Below are positions 8,614-19,427 of a DNA stretch of 64,000 nucleotides, in pieces. Where the stretch lies: the NCBI RefSeq assembly GCF_902766885.1, contig NZ_CACXFS010000036.1; one strand, written 5' to 3'. A program made the translations under genes and the position numbers. The stretch comes from an uncultured Ruminococcus sp. Lineage in GTDB: Bacteria; Bacillota; Clostridia; Oscillospirales; Acutalibacteraceae. How positions within the stretch are numbered: the stretch's first letter is position 1; every line of letters starts with the position of its first letter. A model generated the notes under the pieces. It saw nothing but the letters and a program-made list of their open reading frames with translations, had not been told where the DNA came from and did no database searches.

Positions 8614-10851
8614 GTGAAAAAATTATTCAAGAGAACGCTGTCTGTTGCGTTATCGGCTTTAATGGCTTTTTCGGCACTTTCATTTTCTGCCTATGCCGCT
8701 GAAACCGAGTCAGCACAAACAAGCGCACAATCAGCAACACAATCAAACCCGTACGGACTTACGGAAAAAATCAGCGACGGTGTAATACTCCACGCTTGGT
8801 GCTGGAGCTTTAACACCATAAAGGAAAATCTTCCTAAAATTGCCGAGGCAGGCTATACTTCTGTTCAGACCTCGCCGATTAACGAATGTAAGGTCGGTGA
8901 CAACGGCGGTATGGAGCTTATGGGCAACGGCAAGTGGTACTACCACTACCAGCCTACTCTCTACACAATTGGAAACTATCAGCTTGGAACACTCGAAGAA
9001 TTCAAATCACTTTGCAGTGAAGCTAAAGAATACGGAATTCATATTATTGTTGACGTTGTTGCAAACCACTGTTCAAGTGACTACAATGCAATTTCTTCTA
9101 CAATCAAAAACATTGAGGGCGGTGCTTTTCACGATTCATTCGGAATCGGTGACTACAACAACCGTTATCAGTGCACACAGGGCGAGCTGCTCAACTTAAA
9201 AGACCTCAACACACAGAATAAAAATGTTCAGAATATGATTCTTGACTACCTGAAAAGCTGTGTAAGCGCAGGAGCAAGCGGATTCAGATACGACGCTGCT
9301 AAGCACATTGAGTTGCCCGACGAAGAACCTGAAAACGGAAAGGACTTTTCAAGTGATTTCTGGCCTACAATTCTTGACAACGGTTCAGAATTTCAGTACG
9401 GTGAAATTTTGCAGGACAAAGGCAGTCGTACTGCTGACTATGCAGAATATATGAGCGTTACAGCTTCATCATACGGAAGTGTAATCAGAAGTGCAGCGAA
9501 AAATGACAGCTTTAACGCTGAAAATCTTGTTGACTACCGTTCCGACGGTGCACCCAACGACAAGCTTGTAACGTGGGTTGAATCTCATGATAACTACACA
9601 GGCGACGGCACGTGGTCTGAGCTTGATAATCTTGACATAAGACAGGCATGGGCTGTAATTGCCGCAAGAGGCGAAACCACTCCCCTGTTTTTCAGCCGTC
9701 CTGACGGAAGCAGTACCAAAAATCAGTGGGGCAACAACAAAATCGGTGAAGCAGGCGACGATAACTTCTGTCATCCCGAGGTTGTTGCAGTTAACCAGTT
9801 CAGAAATGCAATGGTAGGTCTTCCCGACAGTCTTTCAAATCCGACAGGCGACAACAGCCTGCTTATGATTGAAAGAGGAAGCGCAGGCGCTGTAATCATC
9901 AACGCATCTGACAAAGATGTTGTGCTTGACTGCGCAACAGAAGTTGCTGACGGAACATACACAGATGAGGCGTACGGCGGTCTGTTTGACGTAACCGACG
10001 GAAAATTAAGCGGTACCGTAAAGGCAAATTCCATTGCAGTAATCTACAACAGCACGCTTGTTAAACAGCCTGTTGTTTCGCTTTCAAAGAACGGCGGTGA
10101 GTTCAGAGGAACTCTTACACTTACTTTAACTGCAAGGAACACAACTGAATCAACATATAAAATCGGCAACAGTGCTCCTGTTTCGTATGTTTCCGGCGAC
10201 ACAATTACAATCGGAGCTGATATGGCTGAAAACGAAAGTGTTGACATCGTTCTGTTCGGTAAGAACAGCGAAGGTGACACTGTAACAAAAACGTACACCT
10301 TTAAGAAGCTTGCAACTCCGTATATTGACGGTGAAACAACCGTTTACTTCGACAACAGCAAGTATAACTGGGATAAAGTAAATGTGTACGCATACTATCG
10401 TAACAGCAGCGGCAAGGTAATTAACAACGGCGACTGGCCCGGCACTGAAATGACTGACCTTGGCGGAGATATGTACGGCTACGTTGTAAATCCCGACTGG
10501 GATTATTCGACTGCTTACATTATTTTCAACAACGGCAGCGGAACGCAGTATCCGTCTGAGGTTGGATATGAAATCAAAAAAGGTGAATGCAAAATATTCA
10601 ACGGCAGCGGACTTGACGACTATGTTATTGATGTTCCGACACGACTTAAAGGCGACGTTAACAATGACGGAAATGTAAATATCAGTGACGCAACCTGTAT
10701 TCAGAAATTTACGGCAGAAATTAAAGATTCAGACGGAAAGCCGTTTATTGACGTGAACAATACTGATGATTTTTATGCAAGCGACGTTAACGGTGACAAC
10801 GTCATTGACGTTAAGGACGCAACCGAAATTCAAAAATTGATTGCGGCTTAA
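8614..10851 (+). CDS. Secreted GH13 alpha-amylase with a CBM25/26-like starch-binding module and a C-terminal type-I dockerin
   Basis: GTG start at 8614, 6 nt after AAAGGAG, followed by a signal peptide. GH13 regions are DVVANH, GFRYDAAKH, YGEILQD and WVESHDN. The CBM-like block is VYFDNSKYNWDKVNVYAYY..WPGTEM..IIFNNGSGTQ. The duplicated dockerin is GDVNNDGNVNISDATCIQKF / DVNGDNVIDVKDATEIQKLI. Confidence 0.9.
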   Translation: MKKLFKRTLSVALSALMAFSALSFSAYAAETESAQTSAQSATQSNPYGLTEKISDGVILHAWCWSFNTIKENLPKIAEAGYTSVQTSPINECKVGDNGGMELMGNGKWYYHYQPTLYTIGNYQLGTLEEFKSLCSEAKEYGIHIIVDVVANHCSSDYNAISSTIKNIEGGAFHDSFGIGDYNNRYQCTQGELLNLKDLNTQNKNVQNMILDYLKSCVSAGASGFRYDAAKHIELPDEEPENGKDFSSDFWPTILDNGSEFQYGEILQDKGSRTADYAEYMSVTASSYGSVIRSAAKNDSFNAENLVDYRSDGAPNDKLVTWVESHDNYTGDGTWSELDNLDIRQAWAVIAARGETTPLFFSRPDGSSTKNQWGNNKIGEAGDDNFCHPEVVAVNQFRNAMVGLPDSLSNPTGDNSLLMIERGSAGAVIINASDKDVVLDCATEVADGTYTDEAYGGLFDVTDGKLSGTVKANSIAVIYNSTLVKQPVVSLSKNGGEFRGTLTLTLTARNTTESTYKIGNSAPVSYVSGDTITIGADMAENESVDIVLFGKNSEGDTVTKTYTFKKLATPYIDGETTVYFDNSKYNWDKVNVYAYYRNSSGKVINNGDWPGTEMTDLGGDMYGYVVNPDWDYSTAYIIFNNGSGTQYPSEVGYEIKKGECKIFNGSGLDDYVIDVPTRLKGDVNNDGNVNISDATCIQKFTAEIKDSDGKPFIDVNNTDDFYASDVNGDNVIDVKDATEIQKLIAA

Positions 10852-10870
10852 AATTTAACAGCATATAGTA

Positions 10871-10904
10871 ACAGCCTGCTTTGAATTAAAGCAGGTTGTT
10901 TTTC
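10871..10904. terminator. Hairpin terminator between the convergent amylase and addA genes
   Basis: acagcctgcttt-gaatt-aaagcaggttgt followed by ttttc. Confidence 0.55.
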
Positions 10905-13900
10905 TACAATTTAATGTATTCACCGAGGTGAACAGAGCAGATTATACATTCAGAAACAGTCATTTCCGTTGACTGCTCCATAGCAAATCTGTAAAGTTCG
11001 AGTTGTTTCTCATAAAGCATAGCAAGCTTTGAAACGTCTTTTACACGGTCGGTTTTATAATCGACGATTACAAGCTTTCCGTTTTCTTCAAATGCTACGT
11101 CAACAGCACCCTGAACTATTATTTCAGCGTCTGTATCAACGTTTTCGTATTCATCAAACACCTGTGACGGTTTAAGCTTTGCGCTGAATTGCTCCTCACG
11201 GAATACAAGAGGTGAGTTGATTATTCGCTGCACAAGCTCTGAATTGAGCAGATTTTTCATCTTTTCTCTGTCAATCAGCTCGGTCTGTTCATCTGTAAGC
11301 AAACCGAGATTTTTGAGTCTTTCTATTTCATTATCAAAACATTCTTTTGCATTAGAAAAGTCGCAATACTGCAAAAACTTATGATGCGCAGTTCCCCTGT
11401 CAACTGCGGCAGCCGTTTCTTTGTTGAGAAACGACGGTTTCATCAAAACCTTTTCAAAATAATCACTCTCGCTGTGAGAAATCTGAGATGCGCTGACCTT
11501 CTGCGGAAGATTCATTATATCTGCATTTTTATATTTAAAAGATAAATTTGATTTTAAAAGCTCAGCATAATCAAACATATCTGTCTTTTTAATGCTATCT
11601 ATGATTTTTTCTGAATCATCTGTAGAATAATCAGAATTGCCGAAAATCATTTCTTCACTGTCAATGATTTCAAAATGCCAAGGTGAAGTTTCTTTATATG
11701 GTATCGGCTCGGCTGACGGATTTATTTTCATTCTCAAATCATTAAGTGACGGATGAACAAGGGCACAAAGCAGCAGCCAGTCTGAGATACCCGAGCATCT
11801 GACAACCGAATAAGGCTCAATAATATTACCGAACACTATTTTCGAATATAGGTTTGAAAGATACTTTTCGACGTTCTTTTTTGAACAAACGGCAATAAGC
11901 TTTTCCTTTGCCCTTGTCATAGCCACATAGAGCACACGAAGTTCCTCGGCAATTTCATTTTGTGAAATTTCGATTTCAACAGCAAGTCTTGGCAAGGTAT
12001 TGTAACGGCAAATTCCCTCTCGTTTTTTAATTCCGAGACCTGCGACGCTGTCAATCAGCACGTCACTTCTCAAGTCGGTTTTATTGAACTGCTTGGCGGT
12101 ATCGGCAAGAAAACATACAGGATATTCAAGGCCTTTCGAGGCGTGAATACTGAGCACCCTTACGCCGTTTATTGAGTCGGAATCGGAAGATGCGGCGGGA
12201 AGCTGTGTTCCGTTTTCAGTAAGCTTATCAATGTAGGAAATAAAATCTGAGAGTGTTTTGTAACCGTTTGATTCAAAGCTCCTTGCGTAAATTCTCAGGA
12301 GGTCGAGATTTCGCATTGGTGCTTCTCCGCCCTTTACAGCGGTGGTTATAGCACCGATTGCCGTTGTATCGTAAATTTTGCCGATAAGGTCGTCAACGGA
12401 GCTGGTATAGGAATAGTTTTTCAGCTGTTCAAGCTGTGAGAGAAATTCCTTTGCTTTAGTGCTTTTTGACGAATATTTTTTAACCGCTGAATATAGGTTA
12501 GAACGGCGTTCATCAGCTCTTATTTGAGAAAGCTCATCAGGGGTAAATCCGTAAATCGGACTGCACATAACCGATAAAAGCGGAATGTCAAGCGCAGGGT
12601 TGTCAATAACACGAAGAAGATTTAGTATAATATTTATTTCCTTTGCTTCAAACGAGTTTTCCTTATTCTCGCTGAAAGCGGGGATTCCGCAGTCAATCAG
12701 CGTTTTCACATAGGCTTGTGCGGTATTTTTTGTACTGCGCAGAATAACGGCAAAATCGCCGTAGGTAGCTTTTCGCTGAACATCGCCGTCTTTTACAAGA
12801 AATCCCGATTTCATCATCGAGTGAATTTTATTTGCGATAAAATGTGCCTCAATCTCTGCCGATTCATAGCCGTCAAATGCTGATTTTTCTATTAAAGAAA
12901 TTTCAAAATTGCAATCCGTACTCTGGGGATAGCTTGCACCTACATTAAGCATTTCGTCTTCTGTATAATCCATTTGTGCAGACTGCTTTGTCATGAGGTG
13001 TGAGAAGATGAAGTTTACTGCATCGCAGACTTCTTTTCTGCTTCTGAAATTCTTATCAAGAATTATAGTTGCAGGATAAGCTGGATTTTCCTCGTCAAAT
13101 TTTCCGTAGGAATTTTTGCGGTCAATGAAAATCTGCGGTTTTGCCTGACGAAAACCGTAAATGCTTTGCTTAACATCGCCTACGACAAAAATATTATTTT
13201 CCTCCCTGCTTACACATTTAAAAATCAAGTCCTGAACATCGTTGACGTCCTGAAATTCATCAACGATTACCGCATCATAGCGATTTGAAATCTCATCTGC
13301 TACAGAAGTTTTTTGATAACCGTCATCAATCGGATCTGCAAGTAATTGAACTGTGAGGAGCTCAATATCAGAAAATGACAAAACATTCTTTTTGTTTTTT
13401 AATGCGTTGAATTCTTTTATGAATTCTCGCACAAGGTCAAACAGAGTACCGACAATGCCTTGCAGCTCTTTCATTTCGGCGAGCACATCTTCCTCACTGC
13501 TGCTAAAATAAAGCTGCACAGACTTGATTGCAGACTTTACTTCATCTCGGTTGTCGGCTACGGCAACCTTTAAAGGATTGTCTTTGTAGCCTTTAGGAGG
13601 AGTCAGCCTGCCTGCCGTAAACAAAAAAGCTGATGAGCAGATATCATTCCAAGAATTTGAGTAGAGTTTTTTCAGAAGATTTTCAAGAAAGACGAGATCA
13701 TCTTCAATTTTTGGTGCAAAGGATTTTTGCAGTTTTTCATCATTTTCAAGAATTTCAAGTGAATTCTGAGTGAGGTTTATTGCGTGATGAACCGTAGACT
13801 TTGTATATTCAATTATAATTTTGCCCCATATTGACTCGGCAACCGAGCTTTCACCGTAATTAGAAAGCATTTCATCAAGCCACTTTTCGGGGAACGGCTG

Positions 13901-14452
13901 TGTTGAAAGAAAGGTACAGATTTTGAGCACGGTTTCACGAAGATTCACATCTCCTCCCTTGCTTGAAAATGCGTCAAGCAACGCAACAAATTCATCGCTG
14001 TCGGAAGAATAAAAGGTGTTAAAAGCATTGTCAAGTGCAGTTTTTCTCAGCACGTCGAGTTCTCCCTCGTCGGCAATTCTAAAGTCACGTGATACACCGA
14101 GGGCATGAAAATACTCACGTACTATTTCCGAGCAAAAGCTGTCGATTGTTGAAATGCTTGCAGTATATAAAAGCTGTTTCTGCTTTAAAAGATTTGGATT
14201 GTATGGGTCATTCTCAAGAAGCTTGTTAATCGCTTTTGAGATACGGTCACGCATTTCAGCGGCAGCTGCTCTTGTAAACGTAACAATCAGCATTCTGTCA
14301 ACATCAATCGGATTTTCACTTCTTGTTACAAGATTTATTACTCGTTCAACAAGCACAGCGGTTTTTCCCGAGCCTGCCGCAGCAGAAACGAGCACAGAGC
14401 CGTCGGTTGCATAGATTGCGTTTTTCTGTTGGTCTGTCCATTGTCTGCCCAT
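10904..14452 (-). CDS. addA: ATP-dependent helicase/nuclease subunit A (AddA)
   Basis: UvrD-type motifs AAAGSGKT and VDEFQD are present, with a C-terminal RecB-type nuclease motif (AVDVAFEENGKLVIVDYKTD). The ATG at 14452 shares 1 nt with the addB TGA stop and lies 8 nt after GGAGGTG. Confidence 0.92.
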   Translation of the reverse strand: MGRQWTDQQKNAIYATDGSVLVSAAAGSGKTAVLVERVINLVTRSENPIDVDRMLIVTFTRAAAAEMRDRISKAINKLLENDPYNPNLLKQKQLLYTASISTIDSFCSEIVREYFHALGVSRDFRIADEGELDVLRKTALDNAFNTFYSSDSDEFVALLDAFSSKGGDVNLRETVLKICTFLSTQPFPEKWLDEMLSNYGESSVAESIWGKIIIEYTKSTVHHAINLTQNSLEILENDEKLQKSFAPKIEDDLVFLENLLKKLYSNSWNDICSSAFLFTAGRLTPPKGYKDNPLKVAVADNRDEVKSAIKSVQLYFSSSEEDVLAEMKELQGIVGTLFDLVREFIKEFNALKNKKNVLSFSDIELLTVQLLADPIDDGYQKTSVADEISNRYDAVIVDEFQDVNDVQDLIFKCVSREENNIFVVGDVKQSIYGFRQAKPQIFIDRKNSYGKFDEENPAYPATIILDKNFRSRKEVCDAVNFIFSHLMTKQSAQMDYTEDEMLNVGASYPQSTDCNFEISLIEKSAFDGYESAEIEAHFIANKIHSMMKSGFLVKDGDVQRKATYGDFAVILRSTKNTAQAYVKTLIDCGIPAFSENKENSFEAKEINIILNLLRVIDNPALDIPLLSVMCSPIYGFTPDELSQIRADERRSNLYSAVKKYSSKSTKAKEFLSQLEQLKNYSYTSSVDDLIGKIYDTTAIGAITTAVKGGEAPMRNLDLLRIYARSFESNGYKTLSDFISYIDKLTENGTQLPAASSDSDSINGVRVLSIHASKGLEYPVCFLADTAKQFNKTDLRSDVLIDSVAGLGIKKREGICRYNTLPRLAVEIEISQNEIAEELRVLYVAMTRAKEKLIAVCSKKNVEKYLSNLYSKIVFGNIIEPYSVVRCSGISDWLLLCALVHPSLNDLRMKINPSAEPIPYKETSPWHFEIIDSEEMIFGNSDYSTDDSEKIIDSIKKTDMFDYAELLKSNLSFKYKNADIMNLPQKVSASQISHSESDYFEKVLMKPSFLNKETAAAVDRGTAHHKFLQYCDFSNAKECFDNEIERLKNLGLLTDEQTELIDREKMKNLLNSELVQRIINSPLVFREEQFSAKLKPSQVFDEYENVDTDAEIIVQGAVDVAFEENGKLVIVDYKTDRVKDVSKLAMLYEKQLELYRFAMEQSTEMTVSECIICSVHLGEYIKL

Positions 14453-17400
14453 CAACACTCACCTCCGTTCGTGATTTCTTCGTCAATTGAAGAATACACT
14501 TCATCATTTGTGACATCAAATGTGTTTACAGGCTCGCTCATTCTGTATGCGCATACGCTGTCATAGGGACAGTATTCGCAGGCATCGTGCGCACCCTTTG
14601 CAGGAGAAGCCTGAATATTACCTTGATAGAGTTCTTTTCCCATTGAAGCGACTGTGTTCTCAAGCTTTTTGAAAATTTTACCGAACTGCTCAAGATTTGC
14701 AATACTGCGCTCTGAAACTGCTGTGTCAAGCTTGATTTTAACAGGTATGTACTTACCCGACTCCGACTTATCCATTCCCTTGATCACTCTGACGTCATCA
14801 AGAAGAAGACCGTTCATTTTTAGAGCCTTGTCGATTTCAGAATTAATTTTATCGTCTGCAAGCTCTGTCTGTGCAGAAACAACAGGAACGGTTGCGGGCA
14901 TATAAAGTATTCCCGCAGGAGTAATTTCACCGTATTTGGCACTTCCGTTAAGCTTGATTGAATAGAGATAAAGGAGCATCTGGAGATTAAGTCCGTAGAG
15001 AATATCCGAAAGTTTGAATTTTTTTGTACCTGTTTTATAGTCAATAACCCTCAGGTATTTTTCTCTGTCTTTTTCCATAACATCAACACGGTCAACGTAT
15101 CCGCAGACGGCTATATTATGTCCATCGGGTAATTTTACCGTATATGAAGGAATGTCCTCACCAATTTTAAGTTCGCAGTCGGCAACGTCAAAATCACTCT
15201 GAGAAAGCTCTAAAACAATATGCTTTAAAAGAATAAAGACGTTATCTGAAAGAACTTTCAGATTGTAGAGAAATGCTTTTGTTCTGCTTTCTGCTCCGCC
15301 GAAATACTGCTCAATATACTCAGAAAGTATATTACCTATATATTCTTTTAAAACATCATCGGACATAGAAGAATATTCTGACTTATTAAAACTGCTGAAA
15401 AACTTTTCAAGAATATAATGCACAAGTGTTCCGTACTCCATAGGATTGATTTCTGCTCTGCGGCGTTCTTTAATATTAAGTCCGTAGTTACAGAAATAAG
15501 CAAATCTGCATAGGCTGAACTTTTCAATTTGTGATGCGGAAATATTCAGATTATCTCCAAAAAGCATTTCTGCATTTTGAGGATTTTCAATTCTGAACGG
15601 TGAATTTTCAATTGAACGGTGAACTGCGTTATACTGCGAAGAAAAAGAATTGTCGGTAGCAAAAAATTCACCGAGGGTTCTTAGTTCAGAGTTATTTTTG
15701 CCAAGTGAACGAGCATACTCCTCAAAGGCAGGTCTGAGTGCGTACATTGAGTCTTTCTTTCTGTCAAAATCCGCCCTGTCAAGCATTAATATATTTGGGA
15801 AAGTTTTTCTGATTTCCTCAAAAATTACTGAGGGATTGTACGGATTGCCGAGTAAATCAGCAGACGGGTAAGTTACATATAGCTTTTCCGACGGAGAAGT
15901 CATACAGCTGTACGCCATAAATGTTTCAAGGTCGGCAAGGTCTGAAAAATCCTCGGAAAGCTTTAAATCATTAAGTGACAGCATTTTCAGCTCAAACGAC
16001 GAGAAAACACCCGAACAATGCGGAACAGCAGGAAATTCTCCGTCAACACAACCAATAAGAAACGTTACCTTTTGCTTTGAAATTCTGACACGCTGTGCTG
16101 TTGTGATTGTGACGCTGTCTATCGTCTGCGGAATCTGCATCAGCTCTATTGAAGAAATCTGAATTGAAAGGAGCTCATAATATCGCTTTGGCGATACCGG
16201 CGTATCACCGATTACTGCAACTGTCTTATCAAAAGCATCCATTAAGAAGTTCCATATTCTGATTTGCTCTGCACCTAGTCCTTTTTCAACGCCGTTTTCA
16301 AGTGCGTCGTACATATCATTGAGTGCGTCCTGAACTTTCAGTTCGGTAAGGAGTTTATAGAGAAGCTCCGTTATTTCTCTGCCGTTCTTATTTTTTATAT
16401 TTTCACCGAAATTCAAAAGCGGCTCAATAACTGATTTTCTGACCTTTTCAACTGTTTCAAGATTTTTCTTGTCTTTTTCGGAAAAGGTCGATGAAAAGCC
16501 CCTCGGATTCTGTGTAAATTCAGATTTAAAAGCTGAATTATTTATGTTCCAGATATATGTATAGTTTTCAAACAGGCTTATGCTTTGCGGAGAATTTGTC
16601 GTAAGTCCTGTTTTGAGCAGAGAAATTACGTCGTCACGCTCAAAATTATCAAGGACAATTCTGAAAATTGAATTTACAAAACGCACAACAGGCTTGACCT
16701 CAATATCACTGTGAGCGTCCATAAAATAAGGAATTTCATATTTTTCAAAAACTGTATTGATTATGCCCTTGTACGGCTCGGTATCGTGGCAGATTACCGA
16801 AATGTCATTGTAAAGGTAATTTTCATCAACAATCATATGCTTAATCTGTCTTGCGACAAATTCACATTCCTCATATCTATCGGAGCCTTGATAGAGAATT
16901 ATATTCTGAGGATTTTTTGAATCGGGTGTAATATTATTTCTGAAAACCGACTTTTCAAGAAGTTCAAGTTCGCTGTTTGAAAACTTTTTATTTTCTGTGA
17001 GTTTTACGGGAGTTTTGATTTCAATGCAGTCACTTTTTGCAATATTCTTAAGCGTTTTATATGTAGCTTGTGAGGTAGCAAAAACCTCCTCTCTACCGTC
17101 GCTTTCAGAATCAAGCGTGAGGGCGACAAAAACAGAATCGCTCTGAGACATTATCAGACGTAACACCTTTAACTGTTGAGCAGAAAATCCGCTGAATGAA
17201 TCGACAAATACAGTATATCCGTCAAATATATTATTCTCTAAAAGAATATTATATAATCTTGTAAGGTCGTCAAGCGGGTCAACATAACTTTGCGAAAGAA
17301 TAGCATCAAACGTATCGAGAATCAATCCTGTTTCATACAACTTTGTTTTCAGAGTTTCATTCTCAACATTTTTGGAAACCTCGTAAAGAGTATCAGTAGA

Positions 17401-17793
17401 AATGCTGTTCTTCTTACAATCCGACAGGGTTTGCAACATTATATCGGTAAGGCTTTTTGTGTTTTTAGTCTTTAAAAGCTTTAGTTTTTCGGTAAGCTGT
17501 TCAAGAGCAATATTCATAATAACAGCACGAGTGCCGCTGTCAATTACATTTTGCGGCAAATTTGAGGTATGCTCAAAAACAAATCTGCATAGACGTGAAA
17601 ATCCAAAAACCTTGATATTCTTTGAAAGACGTGCACCGAGAAGATTAAGAAACGCCTTTTCTGTTTCAAATGTACTCATATCCGGCACGAGCATCAATAT
17701 TTTATTATTGCCGCTCTTTACAAGTTCTGAAACTTTGTCGTATATATATGTTGTTTTACCGGTTCCGCTTTTTCCTAAAATAAACCGAATCAT
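14452..17793 (-). CDS. addB: ATP-dependent helicase/nuclease subunit B (AddB) with Fe-S cluster cysteines
   Basis: Walker A GKSGTGKT is present, with nuclease motif RVIDYKTG and C-terminal CEYCPYDSVC. The start is taken at MIRFILGK. Confidence 0.9.
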   Translation of the reverse strand: MIRFILGKSGTGKTTYIYDKVSELVKSGNNKILMLVPDMSTFETEKAFLNLLGARLSKNIKVFGFSRLCRFVFEHTSNLPQNVIDSGTRAVIMNIALEQLTEKLKLLKTKNTKSLTDIMLQTLSDCKKNSISTDTLYEVSKNVENETLKTKLYETGLILDTFDAILSQSYVDPLDDLTRLYNILLENNIFDGYTVFVDSFSGFSAQQLKVLRLIMSQSDSVFVALTLDSESDGREEVFATSQATYKTLKNIAKSDCIEIKTPVKLTENKKFSNSELELLEKSVFRNNITPDSKNPQNIILYQGSDRYEECEFVARQIKHMIVDENYLYNDISVICHDTEPYKGIINTVFEKYEIPYFMDAHSDIEVKPVVRFVNSIFRIVLDNFERDDVISLLKTGLTTNSPQSISLFENYTYIWNINNSAFKSEFTQNPRGFSSTFSEKDKKNLETVEKVRKSVIEPLLNFGENIKNKNGREITELLYKLLTELKVQDALNDMYDALENGVEKGLGAEQIRIWNFLMDAFDKTVAVIGDTPVSPKRYYELLSIQISSIELMQIPQTIDSVTITTAQRVRISKQKVTFLIGCVDGEFPAVPHCSGVFSSFELKMLSLNDLKLSEDFSDLADLETFMAYSCMTSPSEKLYVTYPSADLLGNPYNPSVIFEEIRKTFPNILMLDRADFDRKKDSMYALRPAFEEYARSLGKNNSELRTLGEFFATDNSFSSQYNAVHRSIENSPFRIENPQNAEMLFGDNLNISASQIEKFSLCRFAYFCNYGLNIKERRRAEINPMEYGTLVHYILEKFFSSFNKSEYSSMSDDVLKEYIGNILSEYIEQYFGGAESRTKAFLYNLKVLSDNVFILLKHIVLELSQSDFDVADCELKIGEDIPSYTVKLPDGHNIAVCGYVDRVDVMEKDREKYLRVIDYKTGTKKFKLSDILYGLNLQMLLYLYSIKLNGSAKYGEITPAGILYMPATVPVVSAQTELADDKINSEIDKALKMNGLLLDDVRVIKGMDKSESGKYIPVKIKLDTAVSERSIANLEQFGKIFKKLENTVASMGKELYQGNIQASPAKGAHDACEYCPYDSVCAYRMSEPVNTFDVTNDEVYSSIDEEITNGGEC

Positions 17794-17863
17794 ACTGCAC
17801 CTCAAAATCAAAATATAACTTGGATTATGATTATAATATCATAATAGATGTGGAGAAAATGTC

Positions 17864-18460
17864 TTATCCGAAATAAGAACAGATTTTTTCAAAAATTTCT
17901 ACGATTTTAAATTTATATTCGTATTTTTCGTTCTTTACAATATCATACTGATTGTCATTGAACGTTTCCTTTGCGGCTTCGTCCTGACTTTCTTCGGACG
18001 AAATACAGATTGACGGGTACATTACGCACCACCAGTTGTGTCCATTTCCGCTGCCGATTGTAATCCTCAATGCGTCATACATTCCCGAAGGCAGAGTGTA
18101 GCTTTCATATGTTCTGGTTGTAAAGTACATTTTTGTAATCTGTGCAGTTACGGGATAATCGTAGCCGTTGTCTTTTACTTCTTTTTGCGCAGTGTTGCAG
18201 ATAGCCTGAAGATTTTCGGAAATAAGACTTTCGGCTTCTTCCTTTGACTGTGCTTTTTCAAAAAGTGACTCTGTATATAAAAGGACTTTATCCCTTACTT
18301 TCAGTTTTAATTCCTGATCATAGTCTTCATCGGAATTTGCAAGAATATGAAGTCTGAAAACTTCGTCTGAGATTTCTTTACACTCTGTATGAAAAGGAAT
18401 CATTGAATAAATTACAGTAAGTACAAAGGCAATGCAAGCTGATTTGATAAAGAGTTTCAT
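17864..18460 (-). CDS. spoIIR: Stage II sporulation protein R
   Basis: 198 aa with a signal/anchor sequence and the SpoIIR hallmark RLHILANSDEDYDQELKLKVRD. Confidence 0.85.
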   Translation of the reverse strand: MKLFIKSACIAFVLTVIYSMIPFHTECKEISDEVFRLHILANSDEDYDQELKLKVRDKVLLYTESLFEKAQSKEEAESLISENLQAICNTAQKEVKDNGYDYPVTAQITKMYFTTRTYESYTLPSGMYDALRITIGSGNGHNWWCVMYPSICISSEESQDEAAKETFNDNQYDIVKNEKYEYKFKIVEIFEKICSYFG

Positions 18461-18521
18461 AAAAATAACCTGTCCTCTCTTATTTATAACCGATAAGAGT
18501 ATGGACAGGTTTTTGGTAAAA
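18461..18521 (-). terminator. Long hairpin plus U-tract between ispE and spoIIR
   Basis: The minus strand reads acctgtcc..ctcttat-cggttataa-ataagag..ggacaggt followed by tatttttATG. Confidence 0.4.
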
Positions 18522-18557
18522 TATACCTAATATAATTATTTTTCTGAAACAGAATAA

Positions 18558-19427
18558 TTAATCAATCTTACAACCGTCTTTAATCGGCTTGCAAAGAAAT
18601 ACTTCTTTATAAGATTCCTTAAGAGTTTCATAACACTTTTTTGCTCTGCGTGATGAAGTGAAAACAGCAAAAACAGCTGAGCCTGAGCCGCTCATTCCTG
18701 CCCCTCTTGCCTTGCAGTCAAGCATAATCTTCTTGATTTCATTGACCTCAGGGATTGAAAGTGCAAGCTCAAAATCATTGAATATTGTGGTGGTTATGAA
18801 AAACATATCACGGCTGTAAAGTGCTTTTATCATTTCATCTGTATATGATGCATGGGGATTTAAAGCGTCGACCTTTTTATACGCATCAGCTGTAGAAACG
18901 CTGACTGAATCGGGCTTGCATATAACAATATCAGAGCAGTTAAATGAAGGCAGCTTTTTAAGCTTTGTTCCTATTCCCGTTGCAAGCTTTGTTCCTCCGA
19001 CAAGGCAAAAAGGCACGTCAGCACCTACTCTTTCGCAGATTTCGTGCATTTCGGCAGGTTTTAATCCTGCACCGAAAAGTCGGTTAAGACCAAGCACTAC
19101 TGCCGCACCGTCACTGCTGCCGCCTGCAAGTCCTGCCTGCGTGGGAATATTCTTATCAATATCAATATGTACGCCCTTTACGTCCATTCGGCAGTAATCA
19201 AAAAAGCGAAATGCCGCTTTGGCGCATATATTGCTGTCGTCGCAGGGTACGCCTTCGTAGTTGCAGGAAACTGTAACGCTTTCGCTGTCGTTGTCCGTAA
19301 GGGTGATTGTGTCGTACAGTGAAACAGTCTGCATTACGGTTGAAATCTCGTGATAACCGTCGGGACGTTTTCCGAGAACTTCAAGTGAAAGATTTATTTT
19401 TGCAGGAGCAAGTACTTTAACTTCCAT
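18558..19427 (-). CDS. ispE: 4-diphosphocytidyl-2-C-methyl-D-erythritol kinase
   Basis: N-terminal APAKINLSLEVLGKRPDGYHEI and GHMP kinase motif GLAGGSSDGAA. Confidence 0.92.
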   Translation of the reverse strand: MEVKVLAPAKINLSLEVLGKRPDGYHEISTVMQTVSLYDTITLTDNDSESVTVSCNYEGVPCDDSNICAKAAFRFFDYCRMDVKGVHIDIDKNIPTQAGLAGGSSDGAAVVLGLNRLFGAGLKPAEMHEICERVGADVPFCLVGGTKLATGIGTKLKKLPSFNCSDIVICKPDSVSVSTADAYKKVDALNPHASYTDEMIKALYSRDMFFITTTIFNDFELALSIPEVNEIKKIMLDCKARGAGMSGSGSAVFAVFTSSRRAKKCYETLKESYKEVFLCKPIKDGCKID

